Part shown: piece by piece, positions 19,367-28,894 of the stretch | Position numbering within the stretch: the first letter of the stretch is position 1 | Layout: each line of letters opens with the position of its first letter | Assembly (NCBI GenBank): GCA_965205425.1 | Contig: CBDBGZ010000009.1 | Span: forward strand, 32,001-96,000 | Length of the DNA stretch: 64,000 nt | Direction: 5' to 3' | Source of the DNA: Nitrosopumilus sp. | GTDB taxonomy: Archaea; Thermoproteota; Nitrososphaeria; Nitrososphaerales; Nitrosopumilaceae | Made by a program: the position numbers and the translations under genes | Notes under the pieces: model-generated | Seen by the model: the letters and a program-made list of their open reading frames with translations, nothing else | Databases searched by the model: none | Told to the model about the DNA's origin: nothing

Positions 19367-20024
19367 TTGAGACACCACGTCTGTCAAACTCTACATCATT
19401 TTCAATTTCGCTTAGAGTTACAGTAAATGAAATAACATCACGTGGTTTTGCATTCTCTGCATGAAGTTTCAAATGAATATCTAACATTTCAGATTCTTGA
19501 GTGGGCAAATTTTCCTCATCCAACAAAGCACCACATGTAGATTCAATTCTAAATCTATCATCTTTAAAATGAAATCCAAGTTTTATTTTTCTTCCTTTTC
19601 TTCCAGAGCCTTTAACATTTACATCAATTATTCCAGGATTTGTTTCAGCATATCCAGATTTTTGATTTACAAAAACCCCAATTTCAAGAGGTTTTCCAGC
19701 AGTGGACTCAGCCATCTTTTGAATTCCATCATTCATTACTACATCTACTGCTTTGATAGAAGTTGCAACTTTGGCTATCCAATCATTGGTTCGGGTGATG
19801 GTAGCACGAATTCCTGCTCGTCTTCGTTTATCTTCATCTTCAGGCAATTTGTAATAATCAACCCAGGCCTCATAATCATGAGAAATATCCTCGATAAAAT
19901 CAATACAAGTTCTCTTGTAATCATCAACATTGTTAGTTCTCAGTGAAGCATCATCTGTTCTCATTCCATCAAAATCCATAGGCATTGCCATATTATGATC
20001 TAATTGAAGTTCTAAAAAAACCAA
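19347..20024 (-). CDS. hypothetical protein (start probably at the internal MAMPM)
   Basis: Long ORF filling a genic gap. Confidence 0.7.
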   Translation of the reverse strand: MVFLELQLDHNMAMPMDFDGMRTDDASLRTNNVDDYKRTCIDFIEDISHDYEAWVDYYKLPEDEDKRRRAGIRATITRTNDWIAKVATSIKAVDVVMNDGIQKMAESTAGKPLEIGVFVNQKSGYAETNPGIIDVNVKGSGRKGRKIKLGFHFKDDRFRIESTCGALLDEENLPTQESEMLDIHLKLHAENAKPRDVISFTVTLSEIENDVEFDRRGVSTIVHLV

Positions 20025-20039
20025 TCTTGAGAGAAATTA

Positions 20040-20552
20040 ATGAATATAATAGGAATTTTTCAAGAATCAATCATGATATTTTCAGAATTGGTAGATGATT
20101 TACAATTACAACTAAAAAAAGACCTTGCACAAATTAGATTTCTTTTGAAGAAAAATCCAGCCATGGCATATACAAGAATTGTAGAAATAGGCAAAGAAGT
20201 TGGCAAAAGATACAATATCAAATTAATAGTAAATTTTCCAAAACAAGGAAAAATTGAAGAATTTGAAAAATATGGAAAAAGAGATTTGAGTTTAATTATT
20301 GATTATGATAGGAAAAGATTTCCCATAGATAGAGAAGTAATCAAACAAAAAGCAATAGAAATGCTCGGAGAAGTTAAAACTGAAGATGCATACATGTATG
20401 AGAATAAAGAAGGGGTTAGAGTATTTACAGAGGATTGGAAGATAGATATCCTACCTCATTCAGTTCACATTTGGACTGATTTTGATGATAATGTTACAGC
20501 ATTTTGTAATTGGTTAATGGAAAATGCATATGAAATGAAAAGGAATAATTAA
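20040..20552 (+). CDS. hypothetical protein
   Basis: 170-aa ORF, normal composition. Confidence 0.75.
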   Translation: MNIIGIFQESIMIFSELVDDLQLQLKKDLAQIRFLLKKNPAMAYTRIVEIGKEVGKRYNIKLIVNFPKQGKIEEFEKYGKRDLSLIIDYDRKRFPIDREVIKQKAIEMLGEVKTEDAYMYENKEGVRVFTEDWKIDILPHSVHIWTDFDDNVTAFCNWLMENAYEMKRNN

Positions 20553-20561
20553 TTTCAAAAA

Positions 20562-20921
20562 TTACAGACTTTCAAGTTTTTCAAGTAAATCTTGGGCTTC
20601 AGTATTTTTTGGTTGAAGTTTAACTACCAGTTTACAGCATTCAATTGCTTCATTTTTTTGTTCTAATGCTAGATGTACATTAGTTTTCAAGGTCAATGTC
20701 TCAACATCATCACTATCTAATGCAAATGCTTTTTCAAAGTATGGCAATGCTCTTTTTGCATCATCTACAATAAAGAAGGCACTTCCTAAAATGAACATAA
20801 AATCATGATCATTAGAATATTGAGATTCTAAATTGAGTCCAAATTTTATTGCTTCATCATATTCTCCATCTCTGAGGAGTTTTTTGATATGACGTTTGGG
20901 TTTCTTGAAAAGGCCTGCCAT
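20562..20921 (-). CDS. TPR repeat protein
   Basis: G.YDEAI, ALPYFEKA, EAIECC..VV.LQPKN.EA helical repeats. Confidence 0.8.
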   Translation of the reverse strand: MAGLFKKPKRHIKKLLRDGEYDEAIKFGLNLESQYSNDHDFMFILGSAFFIVDDAKRALPYFEKAFALDSDDVETLTLKTNVHLALEQKNEAIECCKLVVKLQPKNTEAQDLLEKLESL

Positions 20922-20975
20922 TTCTTAATCAAAAATACATTAATTCACAATAATTTGAATGTAGAAGTTTAGATG

Positions 20976-22481
20976 TTAATCATACCAAGCTGGAGGTTCA
21001 GAACCACTAGAAGTAGAACTAGGAGTGGTAGAAGTAGGAATCCTCAATATTCCTTCTTTAATCAAAAATTGGATTCCCTGAATAAAGTCTGAGTCACCTA
21101 TCGCACCATCAGACCACCATCCTGCATTAGTCTTAATCCAATCAGGGATTTCATTAGAACCAGAACTCGAACCAGGTGTTGTTGGAGGAATCTTCATTAT
21201 TCCTTCTTTAATCAAAAATTGGATTCCCTGAATAAAGTCTGAGTCACCTATCGCACCATCAGACCACCATCCTGCATTAGTCTTAATCCAATCAGGGATT
21301 TTTTGTACAGGAATAGTGCCATCTGAAGCATATATTGGAACAGAGAATTTAAGATAATCTGAAGCACTTGATGGAACAATTCCTTCGGGGGATAATCCAT
21401 AAACCCAAACAACATAATTTGCAGTTCCAGGTTCTTCTTCAACAATTAAATCAAGAATAGCTTGTCCAGATGGAGAATAAAGGAAATTCCTACCTTCTTC
21501 TTGTGCAATCGATCTTAATGAAGTTAAATTGTCATCAACAACTAGAAAATCATATTGAACTTGATTTAGAAATTCGGTATCATCATATTTACTGATAAAT
21601 TTAATTAAAAATTGTATTTCACATCCTTGAACAGGATCTTCAGGTCCATAAAATATGTGGATTTGATAATCAAAATTGTTTGTAGGTTTTTTAACACTAA
21701 CTTCTTTTTCAAAATTAGTATCACAGCCCTTTGCAATTAATGCATCTTCAGTAGGAATGACATTATCAAAGGGACTTTGAAGTACATTTTCTCTATACTC
21801 TAATAATGAAAATACGTATTCTGGTGGAGGTATACCTTCAGATACGTGTGTAAAAGTTTTAGCCTTTATAGGAAATGGAAAATCATCAACTATCCAAACT
21901 TTACTTACAGCACCACCAGTTTTCCATCCAACTTGAACTGTTTCCCAAGTACCAGCTGGAACTGTAACGGTTTCAATTGCCATAGGAACTACTTGTTGAC
22001 CACCTATGTTACCAATTTTTCCCCATGATGCTGCTGAAAATTCTTTTGGGCCTTTTCCTCCAGAGCTTCCATCAGATGTTGCAAATGCAGATAACCAAGA
22101 AATTGATGATTTGAAAGCGCCTCTATAAACACCCAAAGACTCACTGCCACCAGTAGGTTCAGGTGCAATCTTTCCCATTTCCATTTCACCTTTAACAATT
22201 TTTTTACCATCATAAACAACTACTTCAGACAACCATTTAGTTTCAGTACCAACTTGGATGTCACCCTTTATCCAAATATCCATTCCAAATTCAACACACT
22301 CTTTGTAATCCACATGACACATAGAATATGAAAAATAATCACCTTTCTTGAGACCTTCACCAGCAAACCAAGAACCTTCTTTGGCAACTCCTCCTGCTTC
22401 AATCTGTGCAAATGCAGATGTAGGTAATGATAAGCCTAAAAGAAGAACAGGAATAATGGATAGTAACAATAATTGCTTCAA
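20976..22481 (-). CDS. secreted protein with duplicated C-terminal IPDWIKTNAGWW...FIQGIQFLIKEG domain
   Basis: Signal peptide; repeated domain common in thaumarchaeal surface proteins. Confidence 0.8.
   Translation of the reverse strand: MKQLLLLSIIPVLLLGLSLPTSAFAQIEAGGVAKEGSWFAGEGLKKGDYFSYSMCHVDYKECVEFGMDIWIKGDIQVGTETKWLSEVVVYDGKKIVKGEMEMGKIAPEPTGGSESLGVYRGAFKSSISWLSAFATSDGSSGGKGPKEFSAASWGKIGNIGGQQVVPMAIETVTVPAGTWETVQVGWKTGGAVSKVWIVDDFPFPIKAKTFTHVSEGIPPPEYVFSLLEYRENVLQSPFDNVIPTEDALIAKGCDTNFEKEVSVKKPTNNFDYQIHIFYGPEDPVQGCEIQFLIKFISKYDDTEFLNQVQYDFLVVDDNLTSLRSIAQEEGRNFLYSPSGQAILDLIVEEEPGTANYVVWVYGLSPEGIVPSSASDYLKFSVPIYASDGTIPVQKIPDWIKTNAGWWSDGAIGDSDFIQGIQFLIKEGIMKIPPTTPGSSSGSNEIPDWIKTNAGWWSDGAIGDSDFIQGIQFLIKEGILRIPTSTTPSSTSSGSEPPAWYD
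21048..21301. repeat. 104-bp identical direct repeat (21048-21151 and 21198-21301), 150-bp period
   Basis: Direct sequence comparison. Confidence 0.9.
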
Positions 22482-22606
22482 GTCTAAAAAAAATTGGCAA
22501 AACGGATAGTTAAACGTTATTCAAAAATGTAAAAAATGAGAAAAACTAGGAGTAAAATCTTATTCAAATAAGCAAATATAGAGGAATAAGTACAGAAATT
22601 CCAGAA

Positions 22607-22774
22607 ATGTGCGAATGCTCAAAAGTTCACTTGTTCGAAGTAGAATTCAAACTTGATGGGATGACTGTAGTTCCTACTCACAAAAATTGTGGTTTTGGAT
22701 TAGATGAAAAACAAGCAGACAAGTTCCAAAAAGAGTTGGTAAAATCATGGGGCTTTGAGGAAGAAGAAGATTAA
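22607..22774 (+). CDS. 55-aa small protein (not in ORF track)
   Basis: MCECSKVHLFEVEFKLDGMTVVPTHKNCGFGLDEKQADKFQKELVKSWGFEEEED. Confidence 0.7.
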   Translation: MCECSKVHLFEVEFKLDGMTVVPTHKNCGFGLDEKQADKFQKELVKSWGFEEEED

Positions 22775-22810
22775 TCAAAAAATAAAAAATTAGTATTGGA
22801 AAAAATCCAA

Positions 22811-22954
22811 TTACATATCTTTAGTTGCTTCTTTACAAACGTCTGTATTACATTTGCAATCAGAACTGCATATACAATGACCTTGCATTGCACAATCACA
22901 TGAGTAATCTGGATCGCCGCTGTCAGCTTCGCATCCACATGCTTGATCTACCAT
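22811..22954 (-). CDS. 47-aa metallothionein-like Cys-rich protein (not in ORF track)
   Basis: MVDQACGCEADSGDPDYSCDCAMQGHCICSSDCKCNTDVCKEATKDM: 9 Cys, four CxC. Confidence 0.7.
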   Translation of the reverse strand: MVDQACGCEADSGDPDYSCDCAMQGHCICSSDCKCNTDVCKEATKDM

Positions 22955-23007
22955 GGTAAACTAGAGATTTTACTTATTTTAAAAGGTTAGTACATCCAGA
23001 TAGAACA

Positions 23008-23892
23008 TTACGCACTTGAAAGGATCTCAAGAATTTCATTGCAAGATTTTTGCACAAGTTCTGATTGTTGCTGAAGAAAATTTGAATCAGCCTCAACATC
23101 AAAGGCAATTTTCAAGATGTGAATAAGGTCTTGCTCACGATTTAAGGTATCCTTGATTTTTACAAAGTTTTCTTTGTTTACATATCCAAGATAAAAATAA
23201 CAATCAGAAAGCATAGAGTTTTTTACAAAGAAATCATGTTTTTGTTGAATTATTTGAGAGTGATTATTTTTTTCTATCAAATCAGAAAAACCTATTGTGG
23301 ATTTTAACATTCGTTCAAGTAATGTTGGAGTAGCCCGTTCAATACCAACAGTCTGAGTAACAATAGAAATATGTTCATTGATTGTATTTTTTTCTAGTTT
23401 TCGAAGTTGATCAAGCATATGTGAAGGACTTGAACGGTGATGATTAATTGAAGAAATAGCATTTGCTAAATAATAACTTGCACATTTTTGCCAACAAGAT
23501 GCAAATACATCGGAAGACTCTACAGATTCTTTTGTTTTTTGACAACAAAATTGTGACTCTATCAAACAATTTTTTGCAAAATCAGAGTACAATGATGCAT
23601 GCTTTTCACGAATTGCAGAAAGTAACATTCGTAAATCCCAAGATTCATCATGAATAATTTGCATTTGATCATATTGAAGGAGTTTATCAGAATGAGTTTC
23701 AGACAATGATGCATGATGAACCATTATAGAATGTTCACCACATTGGATCATTTTTGATTCCTTAGATTTATCATCAAAAACAAAAAGATCATAATCACAT
23801 GAATCAAAAGATAGATCAGAAGTCCTACAACCACCTATTCCAATAGGAAATGAAGATAATCCATTTTGTGCAATGAATTTTTTAATATCCAT
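23008..23892 (-). CDS. hypothetical protein, possible nucleotidyltransferase-like N-terminus
   Basis: GIGGC...DSCDYDLFV resembles the Pol-beta NTase motif. Confidence 0.6.
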   Translation of the reverse strand: MDIKKFIAQNGLSSFPIGIGGCRTSDLSFDSCDYDLFVFDDKSKESKMIQCGEHSIMVHHASLSETHSDKLLQYDQMQIIHDESWDLRMLLSAIREKHASLYSDFAKNCLIESQFCCQKTKESVESSDVFASCWQKCASYYLANAISSINHHRSSPSHMLDQLRKLEKNTINEHISIVTQTVGIERATPTLLERMLKSTIGFSDLIEKNNHSQIIQQKHDFFVKNSMLSDCYFYLGYVNKENFVKIKDTLNREQDLIHILKIAFDVEADSNFLQQQSELVQKSCNEILEILSSA

Positions 23893-24067
23893 GTTATGTG
23901 CTAATTGTGATTTTTCTATAAAGGAATCAACTCACAAAGTTTTACAAATTCATGCAAAGTCAAAAACATTTCATCTACAGTGTGGTTTCAAAATATCATT
24001 AAATTATATGATTAATTGGTTGTTTTCTAGTTTTTTATTTATTGAAATAATATTTTTTGTGCGTAGA

Positions 24068-24612
24068 TTATCGTCTCTTCAGATAATCAGACAGGATCTC
24101 ACCTGCCATCTCTACCACATCCATCTCCTTTCTTGCAGCCAGACTCTTCAGTTTTTTGGCATTTCCTTTAGTTAACTCAATTGTAACTCTTTGTTGGAGT
24201 AATCCTATCTTTGCCTTTTTTAGTAGTTTGAGATGCGATGACTTTGGGGAACGTGCAAGTGATTTTAGATACTCTTTTCTCAGTTTTTGATCCAGTGGGA
24301 TTATTCTTTGAGCAATCCTTACAGCCTTTGGCACGTTTGGAACGGTTTGGTATAGCTTGACACAGTCATCACGCGATAATTCCCTTGGAACAAATGCTCG
24401 TAATTTGTCTGGAACTGCTGCAAATCTCAGATATTTTTTCAATGTTTGAGAAGAAATCCCTAATGACTTTGCAGCCTTTGATTTTCCTATAGATTCACTC
24501 AAGAACACACAAGCTGCAGTCATATCTTTAGTGTTCATTTTATTGCGGTGTAAATTCTCGACAACTGATGCTGCCTTTGCATCCTCTAAATCATATTTGG
24601 TACTCCTACAGG
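24068..24612 (-). pseudogene. ParB/Spo0J-like protein, N-terminus missing
   Basis: ASVVENLHR followed by HTH (AAKSLGISSQTLKKY); no ParB N-terminal domain upstream. Confidence 0.6.
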
Positions 24613-24655
24613 AGAAAAAAGTTCTTCCCAAAATGTTGATGGAATATCAAGTGAG

Positions 24656-24880
24656 ATGAAACAAGATCTTGCTGCATGTGGAGGAAATCTTGATGCAACT
24701 GCAAAGATAAATTATGAAGCAGGTTCTATGCCGCCATTGGATAATTTGCCTGGAGTAGATATGCCAATAAAACCAACAGTTATGCCAGAAATGAGTAGCG
24801 CACCAATGGATATTCCACCAGGTGCAGTACAACCTCCAGGGCCATTGTACAGTAGAACTATGAGTGCTGATTGGAGCTAG
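24656..24880 (+). pseudogene. probable 3' remnant of a Pro/Met-rich protein gene
   Basis: Short ORF back-to-back with the truncated ParB-like gene, no room for promoters. Confidence 0.35.
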
Positions 24881-24973
24881 AAAAAAATCATAAATTATTA
24901 CAATTTTTAATATTTTGTTTTGATTTATTTTTAGAAAAATTATTGTTTTTGAAAATAATTAAAAAAAGAAATT

Positions 24974-25624
24974 CTAAAAGTCGATACCCACAGCTGCTTC
25001 ACCGAGTGATTGACCAAGCAACCCATAACCGGGATTTGCCATTGTAGATGCTGGAACGTATTGTACTTGTTGTGTTTGCTGTTGTAACATTAGGTTTTGT
25101 TGTTTACGATTGTATTCAATCACTTTGAGACGTGCACGTTCATACATTTTCCCTTCTTGTTCTGTCCACTGACGTGATAATAAAGAACGAGGGTTACCAT
25201 GTTTCATCATATAATTCTCAACATACTCTGCAAATTTCTTATCAGCATCAGAACCATTAAACCTACGTCTGTACGGAGGTATGTGATGACGCAATGATTC
25301 AAAATATTCAGAATATGTGGCATATTCTTCATCATTAAGTTCATCTACAAGTTTTAATGGGGTGATTCCTTCTTTTTCACAATCTGCAAGATATTCTTGA
25401 TACCTTTCATCGCTTAATCCTAATACCAGTACTTGGGAAAGTAAAATTTGATTCTTTGAATTTCGGTTAGTTCATACTGATTTCATGACGATATTTTTGT
25501 CAGTGCTATAATTTGAGCATGATATTTTCATAGGCACAAAATTAACATAAAAAAACTAGTGAAAATCGTACAACTGAAATCTACTTTCCCAAGTACTGAA
25601 TACATGTTGAACGGTCACTCTCAT
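24974..25624 (-). pseudogene. hypothetical gene interrupted near its 5' end by MITE type 2
   Basis: Excising the MITE and one TSD restores MRVTVQHVLGLSDERYQEY... in frame with ORF 24974-25294. Confidence 0.75.
25427..25598. mobile_element. 172-bp MITE type 2 (CAG ends, ISH3/IS4-like)
   Basis: 17-bp perfect TIR CAGTACTTGGGAAAGTA, 5-bp TSD AATAC. Confidence 0.88.
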
Positions 25625-25687
25625 GAGTATAATACGACATTAATCCTTTTAAGGATTTAATCGGATTTCATTAATGTCTAGCGGAAT

Positions 25688-25948
25688 TTGGTTTTCTCTT
25701 TGTTTCATTCGTCCAACATGGATCAGTTTTCTTATAACTCGAATTTAGAGTTAGGTGTAATATTGAGATTATCAGAATTTACCCTATCCACCAACCACTC
25801 AAAAGTACCCAAAAATCATCAAAATTATAAACAAGAGCTTTCTATTTTACTCATGGTATTAGAGAAATCAAAACTCAAAGCAGATGAACCATGGGGCAAA
25901 AAAGACGAAGAAGTATTTGAAAGATATAAAAAATCCCTCAAAAAATAA
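25688..25948 (+). CDS. hypothetical protein
   Basis: Short ORF only. Confidence 0.4.
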   Translation: MVFSLFHSSNMDQFSYNSNLELGVILRLSEFTLSTNHSKVPKNHQNYKQELSILLMVLEKSKLKADEPWGKKDEEVFERYKKSLKK

Positions 25949-25971
25949 ATCAAATTTTTAATTGAAACATC

Positions 25972-26259
25972 ATGACACACGTTCTTCATGTCCAATTCAA
26001 CAAAGACTTTGAAAACGATAAGAAGATGTATGATCTTGATGTCCAATCTGAAATAATTTCTGCAGTATCTGATTGTGCAAGAGATGTCATCAAACAAAAA
26101 TACGCAAATATACGATGCAATGATTTGGTAAATGACAAAATCCGAAGAAGGGTAACGACACAAAACCTGTATGTCTTTGCAGTTTTAAGAAAATATGTTT
26201 TAATTTTTGTCGGCATTAGGGAAATAGGGAAGAGAATTCCAATTTATGACAAATCTTGA
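25972..26259 (+). CDS. hypothetical protein
   Basis: ATG-started 95-aa ORF following the previous one. Confidence 0.45.
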   Translation: MTHVLHVQFNKDFENDKKMYDLDVQSEIISAVSDCARDVIKQKYANIRCNDLVNDKIRRRVTTQNLYVFAVLRKYVLIFVGIREIGKRIPIYDKS

Positions 26260-26389
26260 GACAATTATAGTAATCTATTTTGGAACATCTATAATTTTGT
26301 CAGTCAGAAAAAGGCAACAGTATCATGATGTTGGCTTTGCCAACCAAAAAATCATAACATCTAAATTTTGATAGTATTTTATAGAAATA

Positions 26390-27061
26390 TTGGAGTATCA
26401 AATTCTAAAAAACCCGATGAGTCTAATTGAGTTTACCCTAAATAAGGGTGAAAAGGTAACTGCAGAGGCAGCTGCAATGGCATACATCAGAGGCAATATT
26501 CTAACTGAAACCAAAATGAGAAAGGGGGGATTTCTCAAATCACTCAAAGCAGCAGCATTTGGCGGGGAATCATTTTTTGTAAATGAATTCATTGCACAAG
26601 AAGATAATTGCAAATTAGGATTGACAGGCAACACACTTGGAGATATACAAGTCATTTCAATAAATGAAGAATTTATCATTCAGTCGGGATCTTTTGTCGG
26701 ATCCACTGGAGATTTGACATTGGATACAAAATGGCAAGGATTCACAAAAGGAATATTTGGAACAAACATGTTTATGCTAAAAACAATAGGAACTGGAGAT
26801 ATTTTTGTCAATGCGTGGGGCGGAATTATTAAAACCGAATTAAATCCAGGAGAAAAAATGACAATTGACAACTATCAGCTAGTTGCATTAACCTCTACTG
26901 CAAATTATAAAATAACAAAACACGGTAGTCTCAAAACAACTCTATTTGGAGGAGAGGCACTAGTTATGGAAATTGAAGGGCCTGGAACTGTATACATTCA
27001 GACGAAAAACGTCATGGAATTTGTAAGGTCAATAATTCCATTTTTGCCAAAAAGAAATTAG
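26390..27061 (+). CDS. AIM24 / TIGR00266 family protein
   Basis: AEAAAM, GGESFF.N.F, GGEALV...GPGTVYIQT motifs. Confidence 0.88.
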   Translation: MEYQILKNPMSLIEFTLNKGEKVTAEAAAMAYIRGNILTETKMRKGGFLKSLKAAAFGGESFFVNEFIAQEDNCKLGLTGNTLGDIQVISINEEFIIQSGSFVGSTGDLTLDTKWQGFTKGIFGTNMFMLKTIGTGDIFVNAWGGIIKTELNPGEKMTIDNYQLVALTSTANYKITKHGSLKTTLFGGEALVMEIEGPGTVYIQTKNVMEFVRSIIPFLPKRN

Positions 27062-27460
27062 AATTTGAAACCATAAAATCCTAAATTTTGATTGATGTTA
27101 ATTGGAGATATGTGGTCTATTTTTGAATTTAAAAATTAAAAAGATTAAGAACCATTTTTCAGGTCCCTAATCATAATTACCATCGGGTAATCGACTATCA
27201 ACATAATTTACATTCTAAATATAATTAAAAGTTGTTTTTGTCTTAGACTTGTTTATAATTTACAGATTGTTCTGAACCAAGCTTTTCAAACAATCTAGAA
27301 TATTTATTCAAAAACATTTTTTGGAAGAATATGTCATCTTGACTCATGTTACTTGATACTTTTTGAAATATATAAAATAATCTTATCCATTGTATCTTGA
27401 TTTAGATGTCCTCTTTCTTCTTGAATCTCATATAAAACATCAATCATCAAATCCTCATTA

Positions 27461-28502
27461 TATCTTTTCCGGAAATTATTTCACCCCTTAACTAGGAGAG
27501 CATCATTCCCATACTATCGTATGCGTGGGTATCGTGGCATACCTATGGTAAAGTTAGATGAGAATAAGATCAGGTGGATTATACAATCTAAAAATGAAAA
27601 AGTCAAGAATTTAGATATTTCAGTAATCCTCAAGATAACGCCTAGAAGAGTACAACAAGTCTACTCTCAGTACAAAAAAACCAAAAAGATTCCCACACTC
27701 AAAAGACCAGGGCGTCCAAAAAAGCCAGTCACTGTACACGAGATAGAGCTAGTCAAACAAGTTCAAGAAAAATTTCATACAAACGCACTATACCTTGAGA
27801 AAATCATATCAAAATTGTACAATACCAAGATAAACCACAATCGCATCCACAAGATTATGCTAGATGAAGGATTATCAGTTGAGCAACCACGGAAAAAGAT
27901 GAGAAGAAAGTGGATCAGGTATGAACGTGAATATTCAAATTCACTGTGGCATACTGACTGGCACACAATACATGATTCACGCTGGGCAGGAAAACAACTA
28001 ATTGCATTTGAAGATGATGCCTCACGATTTATCACGGGTTTCGGAGTGTATGATGAGGCAACATCTGTGAATTCTTCTGAAGTACTATCTGATGCAATAA
28101 AGAATCACGGTAGACCAGCATCTGTACTATCTGATAATGGAAAACAGTTCACATCAAATGTCAATACTCTTGATCATAACAAGCCAGTAGACTTTGAGCA
28201 GCAACTAATGAGACATCACGTAAAGCACTCTCGTACAAGAGTGAGACATCCACAAACAAATGGTAAGCTAGAAAAGTTCTGGGATATCTTTGAGTGTAAA
28301 ATAGAATACTTTGAGTCAGTGGAGCAGTTTATGCATTGGTACAATCACATTAGAGTTCATGGCGCACTAGACTTGGATAACATGGAGACACCATCTGATG
28401 CGTATCACTCCAAGATGATAACAAACGAAATACTCATAGACCCAAGCATTCTATGGAGGAATTACTCATGAAAGTGACACGAAATAATTTCTGGAAAGAA
28501 CA
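27461..28502 (+). mobile_element. IS481-family element
   Basis: TIR core TTTCC(G/A)GAAATTATTTC, right end ..ACA, 15-bp flanking direct repeat ATCAAATCCTCATTA. Confidence 0.88.
27521..28471 (+). CDS. IS481 family transposase (integrase core)
   Basis: LWHTDW, DDASR, LSDNGKQF, HPQTNGKLEKF. Confidence 0.93.
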   Translation: MRGYRGIPMVKLDENKIRWIIQSKNEKVKNLDISVILKITPRRVQQVYSQYKKTKKIPTLKRPGRPKKPVTVHEIELVKQVQEKFHTNALYLEKIISKLYNTKINHNRIHKIMLDEGLSVEQPRKKMRRKWIRYEREYSNSLWHTDWHTIHDSRWAGKQLIAFEDDASRFITGFGVYDEATSVNSSEVLSDAIKNHGRPASVLSDNGKQFTSNVNTLDHNKPVDFEQQLMRHHVKHSRTRVRHPQTNGKLEKFWDIFECKIEYFESVEQFMHWYNHIRVHGALDLDNMETPSDAYHSKMITNEILIDPSILWRNYS

Positions 28503-28894
28503 ATCAAATCCTCATTAAAAGGCTCAAAATCTAGGTATTCTTGGTAATGATCATTGTTGTTTACAACATTATTAAATGCATAATATGTGCTCAATTTTGT
28601 AACGCAGCCAACGTTTTCAACATGGCCTTTTGTAACGCCGCTTTCTATCCATTCACCTGTTGTTGTGATTAGCCAACCTGTTGAAACTGCAATGTTGACA
28701 CATTGATTTCTATCAACGTACAAATCTGGAGAATCCAATGTGTATCTGATGCCATCAACAGGTGAGGATCTGCTTGATTGAGATAATGCATAGCAGTGGG
28801 GATCATCACATCCCAGTATTCCAAAGGCATCCTGACCAAGTGATGTCACACCCAACGCAAAAATAATTGCAGATAAAATTAAGAGTCTAATCAT
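28503..28894 (-). pseudogene. secreted protein, truncated; weak neprosin/G-type peptidase resemblance
   Basis: Signal peptide, HCYA and WIESG motifs; ORF runs into the IS481 end. Confidence 0.45.
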
